The notes under the pieces: generated by a model
Told to the model about the DNA's origin: nothing
What the model saw: only the letters and a program-made list of their open reading frames with translations
Database searches by the model: none
Part shown: positions 1-13,550 of the stretch, piece by piece
Layout of the letters: each line of letters opens with the position of its first letter
How positions within the stretch are numbered: the first letter of the stretch is position 1
Assembly: GCA_030141605.1 (NCBI GenBank)
Contig: JAQGDQ010002374.1
Span: 248,001 to 312,000 of the forward strand
Direction of reading: 5' to 3'
DNA length: 64,000 nucleotides
From: Tubiluchus corallicola
Lineage: Eukaryota; Animalia; Priapulida
Position numbers and translations under genes: made by a program

Positions 1-385
1 GAAATAACACTATCATGACCAGCGTCTAATGATTTATAATGAAATGTCATTCACATGTGGCATTACCTTGCAACTTTATTCCTCTACAGAAGAAGCATCC
101 TAAGTAAGGCATAGTTACATTCCAGTTTTGCTGCAAAGTGTGAAATCCACCAACAAAAAAGCAGTAAGCTTATTGTTGTACTGTACTTAACTATACACAT
201 ACACAAGCTTCTAAGTTGAAGCCATCTTAAAATTACCTTCTCGCAGGCCGAATGTAATAGTGATGCATAACTTGTGATAAAATTCTGTCATTAATGAAAT
301 TTCCTATCTTTATTGGAAGGGTGAAATTCATTTTATTGATCTTTTGTCATAATAATAAATTCTAAGCTTCGTAATAACATACTAA

Positions 386-559
386 AGTGGCATTTATCAG
401 ACATCCAGGATGCATATGCGTTATCCACTTGCGGAACTGTTATGTACATAAAAATTTATAGGAAACAGCTGCAGAAAAAATAATGCATAACGCAAGTCTG
501 ATAAACGGAGCATATTCTGCATAATGCAGCCGCATTCCGGATGTCTAGTAAACGTCACT
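386..559. mobile_element. PIF/Harbinger (Tourist-like) MITE
   Basis: Imperfect terminal inverted repeats (AGTGGCATTTATCAGACATCC vs reverse complement of right end AGTGACGTTTACTAGACATCC), flanked by TAA at 383-385 and 560-562. Confidence 0.6.
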
Positions 560-1844
560 TAAGCTGGTTGACAAGTCCTGGATCTGGGTACTCTGCTTCT
601 GTAATTAGAATGTCTGGGATAAATACAAAATTAAGAATCAGTGGGGAGGGAGAAGGAGCAGAAACAGAGAAAGAGAGCATAAGGGAAAAGAAACAGGGGG
701 AAGCAAATAATTAAAAAAAAGATAAGGGAGAATAAGGAATCTACGAGTGAAGAGACTGTGTCACCTCTGAGTTCTTAAAGCCAACTCTGTATCCAAGACG
801 AAGTTTTGTTAGTAAGACATGCGGAAAATTGAAAACAGTAAATTTGAATTTGTCTTATGGTTTTATACTAGTTGCTCATAGCAAAAAGTCTGTCTGTCTG
901 CAACAAACTGTCTCACACAAAATTTACAAATGCACCGCAACAACCTATTGTACTAAAATCCCACACAATGGCAGGATGAGTGTGGGACAGAGTGTGAGCA
1001 CATTTAAGCAAAATCTAAGTGTGTGACAAAGTTGGTAAATCAAGTTACAGACAAACTTTGCAGCATGTGCACCAAGTATTAGTATTTGATGCGTTATGTT
1101 GCCGATGCATTTAAAAATGTACATGTGAAATGGATTTCACTCAGTAGTGTGATGGCTGTAAAAGGAAAGCAACTTTATCTGAAAACATGAGCACAGCGAA
1201 AAACATGAACTAGGAGCAATTAATTTTAAAAAGACATTTTATTGTAACAACAAATTTTTGTCTTAGTATATATGATTCTTTGCAAAATCCTCATGACAAT
1301 CTAATTGGCAAATTATTATTACTTTAAAACTTTGCAATATAACTTTGCTTGTGAAATTTAGTGGGAAATGTCCAGATGTTTGGAAATAATTTAAGGTTGT
1401 CACAAGGCATGTACGGTTATAATTTAGCATTTAAATTTCAGTCAATAACAAAGCTTGAAATGCTGCTGGCAAAAAATCAGTTTACTTGGTTTTTGCATTG
1501 CCTGATATCTGATTACTTTGCCCAATGGGACAGGACGCAAGAACAGTATGAAATTATCATTAGTTGTCCTACCCTACTATGTAAAACGTATGTTCGCTAA
1601 CGGCAGATGCTAATTGAATCATGCATCATTCACTTAAATTGTTTGGCTAATTAAAGCAAAACAGAACGTGTTTGTCCTTTTGTTGCATGAATTCTGGCAA
1701 ACACTGAAGCAACCGAATGCACAAAAATCATTCTCCATTTACAGTATGTGCAAATACATGCACATCAGGTCCTTTAACAATTTACATATTGCCACTGGAA
1801 GAAGCCAGTGAAACGCATCCATTCACAAAAGACACTAGAAAACA

Positions 1845-1850
1845 TTTATT
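1845..1850 (-). promoter_or_regulatory. Candidate polyadenylation signal (AATAAA) of PRPF3
   Basis: TTTATT on the + strand about 200 nt beyond the PRPF3 stop codon. Confidence 0.45.
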
Positions 1851-2051
1851 CAGAGTTGAAGCTGCATCAGCAATTTTGTAAGAAATACGTACACAGGTAA
1901 CTTTGAATTAACGAGCTTTTCCACTTTCCTACACCTTTCGTCCTTTCCTGGAGTTTTTCTCATATAATAAGTGCATGTCACTGTAGGCAGAACACTTAGG
2001 CAGCACAAGCCTTGCCATATAATTAAGCTATTGACACATTTCTACCACGTT

Positions 2052-5000
2052 TTACTCCACCTCTGTCTTTTCTACAATTGACTGTGTATACGCTAAATCC
2101 CAGTAGTGTTCAACATTGTGCTTGCGAAAATGCTCACGAGCGAAAGCTTCAGTGGGGCACAGCTTAAATTTCATCTCACCAAAGTTTCTTTCTTTCACCA
2201 TGCCTTCCCAGACTAACACACAACTATTCGTAGATGAAACCTCTTTACTATCAAATGCCGAATCTTTTCGTTTCTTCTCGTCTAATTTCGTATCTTCTGC
2301 CCACTTGATTCTGTGCAACATTAATCGTCGGTATTTTTTCTGTTGCCTTGGCCCTCCTTCGACAACGATGACATTGCAGTCCCGATAAAACACTACAGTG
2401 CCTGTCATAAGCAACTGTTTGCAGTTCGTTTCCACCTTGAACTTTTTCGAGGGGTTTGAGAGATCCTTCACACGGTAAACGGAAATGTGCACACCTTTGG
2501 ATGTATCCTCTTTGATTTTCTTGATCTTTTTGTCACGCACTTGTTCTTTAGTAAGCTTCCTAGCTGCATTGGCCTCTTCATGTGCTTTCTGCCGTTTTGC
2601 CATTTGTGCTCGCACGTGAGCTTCGATCTTTGTAGGATCTTGTACCTGTACCAGCAAAAAACTCATGTCATGTTACTATATTTAATCACTTATTTGACAC
2701 TCCAAAAACTCATCTTTTAGATCCCTGACAGCTATGCTAATTATTATGTCAGTGATTGGGTTCCTACTGCAGAAATTTACTAGACATAATATAGACTAGT
2801 AAACATCTAAATACACTAAAAGAATACAACACCAATTAAAACTGAACATCTTGCAAGCATGACTGTTCACACAGAACTGTAAATACTAAAATTGCGAATT
2901 AATGTAATAGTCGTAACATCATATTTCGCACCTGTTCAGTTCCGAGAACACGCATCAAATTCGACATGCGCACTTTAGGTTCCGGAGGAGGTTCTAGTCC
3001 CAGGCGGATCTTCTCTTGCTTCTCCTTCCACGTTTCTCGTCGGTTCATCCGCCGCAATTTCCTCCTTTCCTTCTTTGTGAGCATTACAGGTATGGCAGCT
3101 GCATCTGTGGAGCCTGGCAGCTAAATATGTAAGGACACTTGTATGTTGTATTTTTAAGCAGTGAAGCTAGATTTATCTCTACCACTTCTCTTCATGATAG
3201 AATTTAATATTAATGATTCTCTCCTTTTGCTTATTAATTTCTTGTAAGACGAAACAAATATCCCTAATTATGATAACAACAACTATAACATTAGATCAAG
3301 TGCAGTTCTCCTTTTACTAATTACAGTCAAACCTCGTTATAACGCCAGGTCTGGGACACCACTAAATATGGCGCTATAGTGGTGTTGGCGGTAAGCTGAG
3401 GTTCATTAAATATCAAAGCCGTTCTAGTCTGTAACCTCTATTTTGTTTCCTAGTTAACTTTAATATGTCATAAATAGTAAATTATTATTACGCTACAATA
3501 ATACATGTATAATACTGTACATTTTTGCTATTCAGTACACATTTGTACTGTGCATCAACAAAATTAATGCAGGTAATAGTCCTAGGGCCGTGTGATGCAA
3601 AACTTTTAGGTAACACAATGTGGAGTAGAGTCTTGTGAAATACTGCTGTCTCCTGATAAGAGGAATATGCAGCCACGCAGCCCATCCAAGCTCCCAACGT
3701 AACATTACTAGATAATTAATACTATATATAGCTGTCGCATATAACTTTACCTTGAGTCAAATAGCTTTTACAGCCGTAAAATCCCTGTGCTTTATCTTGG
3801 CTGGAGTCATAACAGAATAAATTTATTATGTAAAACAGACTTTTGGCACAGCAGATATGGCGGTAGGCGAGGTTGGCGGTATTCCTTATATTTAATATAT
3901 TATGGAAAGTGGGACAGGGCAATACAGTAGTTGCCGCTTAATAGACTCAGTCGCTTAATTGACTCAAAAATACCTGGAACCGGCTGCTTCTATTCAAATA
4001 TGCATAAAAACTATCGGTAATTGACTTAAATAACTTCGCTTAATTGACTCACTATTTTTCCTTCACGTACTTAAAATAAGACACATGTATGTCCCCAAAC
4101 AGCCTTTCCTACTTTTATGTCATCTTTACTTCCCTTTTGTTTGGAAACATGTACGTTTATCATGCCTCTAATACACTTAGCGTAGTGGTTTTGCTTTGAA
4201 TCTGTTACCCGCTCGCCCGCTGCAATTAACCTCGTTACCCAAAGAATTTCTGGAAGCTAAACATTTAATCACTTGCTTAGCGGTTTTCTTTTGATGCTCT
4301 AGTTGCAAATCACGCTTTCAGGCTTAATGAGTTAATAGTCAAATATGCAGGTACGGTACATTTACTGGCTATGTCATGTAGCAATGCAAGTGAGCAGACG
4401 ATTCGGAACTGTTTTAGTCATGCCCAATTCAGACTTGTGTGATTTAGAAAAGTATAGTTTTTAATTTATTGTTAATTCACTTATATAAATTAATATTTTA
4501 AAATATTTTTTCTAATTTTTAACTGCACAAAGGAATTTAGGCGTTACTTCGTTTCTAAAATTGATTAAAAGCTTTTGCAGTGCATAGCTGATGACTCATA
4601 CTTCTATAGCAGTAATACTACACCCATCGGTAAATAGGTTCAATCGGTTAATTGGGTCAAAACATGTCGGTCCAAAAGTGAGTCAATTAAGCGGCGACTA
4701 CTGTAGTTGGCATTATGGCAAGGCTGGTGTTATAATGGGGGGCGGGCGGCAGTATAACTAGGTTTGACTGTATTATCTGAACGTTTTCAGGATATACAAA
4801 AAAAGCGTTTGTAGTATAAAATTAATAACTACATTTGTGACAGAGACACAAATTTCACTCAATTACTAAAAATATGTACTGTACTGGGTATACTGTACCT
4901 GCAAACGATCTGTACAAGTTGTAAGTTTTGTAGCCGTAATGGTACAAAGTTTATTGATTATCTGATAAATAATCAAACATTTAACCGACTATCTTGTATT

Positions 5001-8000
5001 CAATAAATAAATAAATGCGAAAAAATCACACAAATTTTTAATAAAGCAGAAACAGAAAAAAATATATGCATTACCATTTCCTCAGCTGTGGGAGGTTTCA
5101 TCTGAATTGGGTGCTCAACGAGATTCGTAATGCCTTCAAATTCATCCTGACCCTCCAGCCTCTTATCCAAGCTTTCGTAAGCCTCATTCTGGAGTATCAC
5201 AGCGTCCCACCATTCTACGTCTGGAATCTCATCAGCTAGCAGCTCTTTCTTCGGGGCAATCTTCGTCAAGACCGTAGCAGATTGGATTCCAGTCTTCTTG
5301 GCAACCTGTACAGTGAGTTTTATGAGCAACATTATGAACTATTCTTTACACCGTGCAGCAGATAGCACAAAAATCAATTTGCTAAAAAAGTACAAATAGG
5401 CTGTATACCATAAACTTAACACCTGTTGCAATATCTATTTTAATGGGATAAATCTTTAAGTTAGCTTTTTCCAAATGTAGCCATTTTGTGCCATTCAGTA
5501 GAATTATGATGTCAGAACTGGAGCCCTATCAATCATCCAGAAATGTTTTCTCTAGGCTAGGTACATAATACTTTACAATGTATTTTGAAATGACAGGATC
5601 TTGGGCTTTTTACTGATGATGCCATCATCAATAAGCTTGAAATTATGACCCCTGTTACCTATTAAAGTTTTATTCTGTCGGCTAAGTTCTTTCGGCTAAA
5701 TAATGAACTAAAAATGAACCTTAAAATCCATAATTTCTTGTTCAAATGCGGTGGAAGGTTAAAATTTCCAAAAACCAAGTCAATAACTAAAGAATGCTAA
5801 GTTACAATCTGTTCATAGCAGCAAAACATCTGGTTCTTTTTAAATATACTTCCAATGAAGTGGAAATGTAAAACAAATGCAAAAAACTTCAGAGCTTGTC
5901 AACTCCCAGTTATATTAGTTAAGATTTCGTAGTTATTCTACAGATTTAGCAGGAATTGAAAATTGAAAAGTAACAGGTGTACAATCCACTAGGTAAAACT
6001 GTACTTTGTACCTGTGCAATTTCCTTCTGTAACTTTTCCAACTGCGCTTTTGTCTTGAGTCGTTGTTCCATCTGTACATATCGACCGTGTTCGACAAAGT
6101 GGAACTTCCTTCTAGTTCTTTGCGACATCTTCGCTGGCATGCGCGGATCAAAGAATTTACTAGCTTCTGAAAGCTCTTCTGGAAGCTTCTCCTGGAGGAC
6201 CATTTTAAATTCTTCCCTTCGTTTCGCGCGAATGTTTGCTTTCAGGGTTGGAGTATACTGAGGTATCTGTAAAAAGGAAAAAAACCTGTCACTACAACCT
6301 CAATTCACTTTCATATTGTTTGATAATCTTGTACTCGCAAAAATGTTAGTTATAACGGGGTTAACAGTCACTAGACTTTTTTGGTATTTGGATATTAAGT
6401 TTGAAACACCGTATATTATAATATATTAAAATATTGTATTATAGTTTTTTGAGAAATAACTCGAATATTGCTGTACCTGCATTAAAGCAGCTGCTATTAA
6501 CAGTTGTAATTTTAGGACAAAAGACGCTGCATTAAATATAATGCAAACAAATAATACATCTGGTAAGTTAAACTTGAAAATTTCGCAATTTTACCCAAAA
6601 ATGTTTATATAGGTTTAGAAATCCGCATACAAAAAAGATAAGAAACACTGAATTTACAAGTTTAACATTTTTAGGCTCATTCACCATTCAAGTTTTTTGA
6701 AATGAGCAATATTGCATAAGTAAAATATAATCAGCAAGGGAGCCAAAAAAAATTCAAAAGGGAGGAGACAGAGAGACCATCTTGTGAGAGAAAGGGAGGG
6801 AGAAGGAGCAAGCATTACAAGTAAACTGTAAGAGACAATTTTATCTGACTTCCTAAGACAAAACATGAATAAAATAATGCAAACATACATGTATAGCTTT
6901 GCCCGAAGAATCCACTGTGCGACCTTCATCATCAAGAATCAGTGGTGTTGGTCCTTTTGACGGATCCAGAACGGCTTTCGCTGCTTCGGCACCTGAGAGT
7001 GTTACTAAGAGATTTGGCTTTGCTGTAAGATGTGCCTAAAATACGGTTAACAAAATACGAGTAAAAAATAGCATCAAATTAATTTGACAGTATCAATGGA
7101 TTTCCCTAACAGTGCCCCAATTTTTATTGTACTAGATAGAATCACAATTGGTTTATACAGTAAGAGCCGCTTAATAGACTCACTTTGGGATGGAAGAGTT
7201 CTGTGCCAATTAAACGACTGAGTCTATTGTCCGATAGCTATAGTATTGTTAGTATAGAAATACAAGCCATCACTCCTCAGCTTAGAATGCGCTGCAAAGG
7301 CTGAGAGAGCTTTAAATTTTATGCTCCATTTTTCAAAATTAACTCTATGCTCTTAGCTGATCTATGACGTTTACGCTTAAAAAGTCGCAAAGAATACATC
7401 GGTGACATAACAGCAACAGTTAACTAATTAAGATTTCATGAAAAGCAGCAAGAACTTCAAAGGGAAACCACTAGACATGTGATTAAAAGTTTACGTTCCA
7501 CAAATTCTTGGACAAGGAGGTTAAATGCAGCAGACGAATGGGTGACAGGTTCAAAGCAAAACTGTTACACTAGCATTTCAACACATGATAAACGTACTTT
7601 ACACGTACTTCTAAGTGCATCATAGTACACAAAAATAAGGAACAGTTGCTACTTTTATACCACAATAAGTGGCATTAAAAGTAGTAAAAGCTCTTTGGTC
7701 ACATGCAAGTATCTTATTTTAAGTACGTAAAGCAAAAATATTGAGCCAGTTAAGCGGAGCTATATGAGTTACTTGCCGACTGTTTTTATGTACATTTGAG
7801 TGGAAGCGGCCCGTACTAGACATTTTTGTGTCAATTAAGCGACTGATTCTATTAACTGTGAGTCTAGTAAATGGCTCCTACTGTATAACTAAATCGCATG
7901 CTGCAAGAAATCTCAAATGGTAAGCTAAGTTATGCTCTTTTGGGTTATGAAAATCACTCTGATATCTCATGTAAGCTTCTAGTTAGCTGCTGGGAAAACA

Positions 8001-11000
8001 GAAGGTCTCTGATTCTAATACCAATGGAGGTGCTAGATTTTTCAATGTCAATGTAGTTCAGTACCACTCATGAATTTATTGGATTGACATCACAAAGTCT
8101 TGATAGAGCATAAACTACGATTCTCCCGTGAATCGCCTCTAGCGGCTTGTAGAGTAAATTTGAAGTCTGAAAAGTCAGGCCGTGAGAGTGCCTCTGTGGT
8201 GTAATAGCCCAAAAAGGAGAAGGTCTTGGGTTCTAGTCTCAGTAGAGGTGCAAAATTTTTGATAAAAAAAATAACAGACAACAACATGTGTAGTACTTAA
8301 CACTATTTCATTTAAGACTTAAAAAAAGGTTTCCAAGCAAGATTAAGTGTGGGAATAAATTTGTCGTCGCTCTTGTAAACGTGATAGTGTAAAAGTTCTA
8401 CATGTCACCGACAAGTAAAAATGCTTTACCGCACGCTTTCTAGCATTCACACTGTTTTTACTGAAAACTGCTCTATTATTGCACCAGTATGTGCCAGGTT
8501 AGTTTAAGACATAACAAAAAGGAATGACTAATGCAGAATGTTAATTAGCAGCTCACACCTGTATCCTTGCTTGTATTTCAGCAGCTCTTTTAGCCTTGTC
8601 TTCAAGAGCATTGTTCTGCACTCCCGGCTGGACTGGCTGCAAACAGTTAAATAACAGAGCTGTTGAAAACGGTTTAAACCCGCATGTACAAAAATGCACA
8701 TGTAAAATATCATACAATAAAAAGATTACATTGAAAATAAATTTCTTACACATTTTTCTGGATTACTTTTTATGTATGCAAATTCTCTATGCAAAAATTT
8801 GCTTCTAAAAACTATGTATCACCTATTAAATGTAACGGGTTGCTAGTAATGCATAGTTATTACAAAAATACTAACTAGAAAATACTAAACATTGGTCCAA
8901 GCGAGGTCGTGTAATTCAAAGTAAAGTGCTAAGGTTAGATAATTTGAACAATTAACTTGAACTTATTCAAGACAGCATATGTAGGTTAAGATGAACCAAG
9001 TAAGAAGATACACATCAGCAAGACAAGTACAAAAGCCGTTCCAACCAGCTTTATCATAACAAAAAAAAACTGTTCAAGGAAAAAGTAGAAAAATCACGGC
9101 AGAGAAATTATTGGTGATCTAACTTTGAGTAGAACTCGAATGTGCAAGAAAAACTTGTGAATTCTTTTCCTCATAATTTGATAATTCATGACTTTAAATA
9201 AGTTTATTTGATATAATACTTTAAAGAATTAAAGGCTTACTTACTATTAAATTTAACTGTTTCTTTCGTTCTTCTATCATTCTCTGTGCATTTGCCATCA
9301 TATCCTGAATTTGTATTGCTGTAAGCATCCCTGGACTCGGTTTATTCGGATCTGGACCAGGAATAGGACCATCTTCCTGCGTTTCCTACCATAATCAAAC
9401 CAAACGACAATTACTAACTCTGTTCAACGATTAATCACAATAGAAAATTTGATTATCCATTTGGAAATTATGTGCATATGTGCATGTAGGAAATTGTTGA
9501 ATAAATAAAGTATCACCCAGAAAATGAATTTTCAGATTTTTTAAGATACATGTACTTGATTACAGAACAAGTTTCCCATTCATTCAATAATATCTCGAAA
9601 TAAATCGGTATATTGCAACGTGTCAAATCAGTTCCAGTGAGCCATTAAATGCTAACAGTAACAGGTCTGTAACATAAATGCGAGCAAAGTAGCAACATCA
9701 AGATATCTAGGACTTTAATCAATAATTTGCTTGGCTAGACTTGCAGCAACAAATCAATTGAGTAAACAAATTAGTGGGACAGTTTTTACAGATTATTCAG
9801 CAGTGGTTCTTCTGTGCTACTGTCAGAGGAGTCAAGGACGCCACAACTTTTTAAAATGTGGGCCTATGTTGTGCAAAACTAGGCCCACACAATATACATT
9901 GTACTATTATTACGCAAATGTTCTGCAAGACTGAAATAGACTTACTTGAATTTTAAAAATATACTTAATCAGTTAATACTGTATGCTTCCATGGTGTCTG
10001 ATTTCCACGCATAAGATAATGCTGCTCCCTTGACAACTGTCGATTTGACGCCACTAATTTTTTCAGGACATAATTTATTACAAGAATTGCATAGCAGTAA
10101 TTGCTATACAAATTAAATTTGCTTTGAAACTACACTTCTGTTCTTCGACATACCTACTTAAAATTGCAAAGGAACCCAGGAATGAGTTGCTGACAACCAA
10201 AACTGGCAGGGTCAAAGCATGATTTTCAAATTTTTAGAGAATTATTTATATTAACATTCTCAGTCTCAATTACTATTATAGTATGTGTATGGAAAAAAAA
10301 CAGTTCAGAACATACTAAAGAAACACGACCATGTTTAAAAATTACGTAATAACAATTATTCTCCAAGTTTCTCATCCATCTATGAACTTCTTACCAAAAG
10401 GCAAGTATATATGCCAATATATACTTAACTATTAAATATTGCTAAGCACATTCATGCGCTATAAAGGCATCTGGTTAATTGTTCAGTAGCTGCCTATGTC
10501 AGGTAATAGTATTTTGCTATTATTTTTAATGACTACTTAGCAAAGAGACAGCATCCATAAATTGATTGTTAATTTTGAAATAATGAATATTAATTTTGCA
10601 CACTGGTTTAGTTTTTGGTTTCTCCTTCTTGTCGTCTCTTTTTGGTCGTTTTGCCTCCTCCCGGCTGCCATTAATTTCTTCACTGTACCTGCAAAAGCAA
10701 ATTACATAGACCTTAAAGCATTACTGAAATTATCAAAAGTACTCACTCTCCAAGACAACATTCAATGCTCAATAGCAACGTCTACTTAAAGTAGCTCGTA
10801 GTGGCAGGACCACTCGTAAACAATTCTCCGGACAAACACCCATCTCCTTACTAACCAAGCTTGGTTCGCTTAACTTAAAGCTCTAACCACGAACAGCGAC
10901 CATTCAGCTATTAAAACTAAGAGACACGACGAAGTCTGCAAATATGAATAGCTATTTTTCACAAAAACCTCTTCCTGCTACTTGAATCTCTATCTCGTTT

Positions 11001-12128
11001 GCCGTCTTCTTTTCTGTCTTTCCTACGATCATCCTCATCATCAAATCGTCGTCGTTTGCTGGCTTTTTCTTCGTCAGTTGACTCTTGTTTCACCTGAATG
11101 AAAATAAGCAAATAAAACTTCATATGTGCAGTAAGTACGCCATCATCACAGAAAAAGAACTGTCTCCAACATTCACGTCTGAATTATTTACCCAAGGTCT
11201 TTATTTTTACTTAATGTATCAGCTTATCTAATTAGCTAGTTTTACTATAGTGCAAGAAAACTAGCTTTTTGAAATGTCAGTGCACTATTAAGATAAAATC
11301 AAAAATGAATCTTAACACAAAGATTTTGTAAAAGAAGACAACTTTGTTAACGAATGTTGTAGTTTTAGATTTCAAAAACAATTGCAGGTAGTACATGCAC
11401 AGTACATGTACAGGCCATACATGCAGAAAAAATTGACAGATCACTAATTTTTAACATTAGTGAGTTAGACCCTGCTAAAATTTACTCTTCCCAATCACAA
11501 ATCAAACAATTTTTTCGAGAAAAAAATTGACGAAAATGGCTGTTAATCAATATACAATTATTAAAAGTTGGTAATTTTCTAATAAGCAAACAATATTCAA
11601 AACACTTTAGGCAAAATAAATCATCTTTTATGTAATTCAGTGTGCTTAACACATTATCAACATTGACACAATTCATGCCCCATTTAGTTATTGTCAAGGC
11701 GAGCAGCAGTTTCTGTATATTACATGTGGTTTAAAACAAGTGGTGCAAAACATGATTAGTTGGATGAGTTAATTTCCAAACTAATCACAAGAGAGAAATG
11801 AATTTCATAGAATTTTAAAATATTAAACAACACAGCACAATTTGGAAAAAAAATGAAGAACTAAAATATTGTTACTTGCCTTTCCCAAATCAAAAGCTTG
11901 GTCTTGAATATCCTTAAAAGCTCGCAAAAGTTTTTCAGACAATTTCTCTGCTTTCTTCTCATCCAGGTAACGAGCCAGCTTGCGTACCATTTTCTTCTTC
12001 TCATACTGTTTTTGATAGCAATTGACGGAAGCCGACTCTAAATGCGGTTCACTATAACCTAAAAACTTGTACACAACTTTTTCAATCTTTGGTCGTGCTG
12101 CTTCCACCTCACTCTTAGACAGAGACAT
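2052..12128 (-). CDS. PRPF3: U4/U6 snRNP protein Prp3 (pre-mRNA processing factor 3), about 697 aa, 10 coding exons
   Basis: Exons in transcript order: 12128-11880, 11093-10969, 10688-10604, 9385-9245, 8636-8559, 7035-6889, 6266-6012, 5305-5075, 3120-2932, 2645-2052. All phases are compatible; introns are GT-AG except the first (GC-AG). N-terminal PWI-like domain ([28 protein letters not shown]) and Prp3 motifs [107 protein letters not shown] and EHYWDLA. Confidence 0.95.
3324..4770. mobile_element. Tc1/mariner-pogo-like non-autonomous element (outer member of a nested pair) in a PRPF3 intron
   Basis: TIRs CAGTCAAACCTCGTTATA ... TATAACTAGGTTTGACTG with TA on both flanks; interrupted by a second element. 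Confidence 0.75.
3925..4703. mobile_element. pogo/Tigger-like MITE nested inside the 3324-4770 element
   Basis: 25-bp TIRs CAGTAGTTGCCGCTTAATAGACTCA / CAGTAGTCGCCGCTTAATTGACTCA (reverse complement of right end), TA target-site duplication, subterminal GCTTAATTGACTC repeats. Confidence 0.8.
7158..7883. mobile_element. Related copy of the 3925-4703 MITE family, opposite orientation
   Basis: TIRs CAGTAAGAGCCGCTTAATAGACTCAC ... GTGAGTCTAGTAAATGGCTCCTACTG with TA flanks; its left end resembles the reverse complement of the right end of 3925-4703. Confidence 0.75.
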
Positions 12129-12761
12129 GATGACAGCTGTATTTGAGGAAAAATAAAATGAGCTACCACTAAAGCTTTATTCCCGAAACTAGAATCCTTT
12201 GTCTGGATAAGTCAATAAATCTCAGGACTTTATACATAAGTATCCATGAGTGTCATGTCTTATTACATCTGAAAGAATGCACACAAATTTATTTTAGAAT
12301 CTTCAAACATTTTGGCTAAATCAATTGAAGAGTGATTACTTCACTAGACATTTTGTCAGAATTACTAGCAGAAAGCAACCAGAAGAATATAATTATTTAA
12401 TCTTACAGAATTAAAAGACATTAATTAAAAGGTCTTCTTAAAATGTTCTACCAAAAACTTCTTAAAAGTTTTCTTACAACTTAATTACACTTGGGAGTGT
12501 TGCTTCCAATAAGCTTATTAATAATGGTCTTGGCTTCACTATTTAATTTGTACATTAAAAAGGAATCACACGAGTCAACACTTAATTACCACAATCCCTT
12601 AATGATAACCGATAAAAACATTTTCCTACATCTCATAATAAATTATACAATTCAGTTTTCATCTCCATTATACTCTAGTCCAATGTTAGATTTAATATCC
12701 CACTGTTATAATCTAATACTGTGAATGTGAAACCGTTTCTTATGTACCTCTGTTTCTATGT

Positions 12762-12776
12762 CCCCCCCCCCCCCCC
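12762..12776. repeat. Poly(C) homopolymer
   Basis: Run of about 15 C. Confidence 0.85.
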
Positions 12777-13550
12777 GGTAAATTGCAAATGTTACTCTCT
12801 AATATTTCAACGTTACTTTTCATAAAGATTTTTTTCAAATAATTTCCTAATAACAGAGGTTAAAAATCTGTTAATTCTCCTTTAGATCTCCCACCTTTGT
12901 ACTTAGAGTTGATTATTATCTCTTTCAATCATTAGGTAGGTCATCAAGTAGCCCATATACCATAACAACAGCTATCAATGAAGTCAGTTGACTTTCCCTC
13001 TAACAGTTTTTAGTAAGTGGATGTAAACAAAGATTATGTTTCAAAGGATTAACTATATTTTAAACAAGGAATTAGTATATTTCATAGAACAAAATTCTCA
13101 ATTTTATTTTTAGTTGCTAGAAAGCAGTTTCAAAAATCCATAAATATGCAGGAAACGCGCCAATTTATGGGCGGCGGCGGTTCACTGGCTCCTCTTCACC
13201 TTTTCCAATATCAGCACAACCTATTAAATGTGCAAGAGCAGATTATTTTCTTCTATCATTATATGGTCGTTCCTAGTTCCGCATAGGAGTGTCATCCTTC
13301 GCACTCATTACATTTAGTTGTAACACGTTTTCTCTTAATTCCATAATTTCTCTAAATGCTCTTACTAATCATTGAAGCGTATCCATTTCAGTCAATGGGA
13401 ACTGTTCTGAGCGTCACTGGGGGAATTTATAGCACTCACCAGATAGCCTACCATATTTGATTCATGACTAGTAAAAGCACTTTCAAACTTTTGGCATCAA
13501 GTCCTACAAAATCCAGAGAACAGTTCCCCAAAGGTGGAGTAGGAGGTGTA

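Noticed and set aside
7985-8260. tRNA-like A/B-box sequences (also near 30790-30840 and 26050-26075)
   Set aside because: No complete cloverleaf can be folded; at most these are decayed tRNA-derived SINE heads with undefined boundaries.
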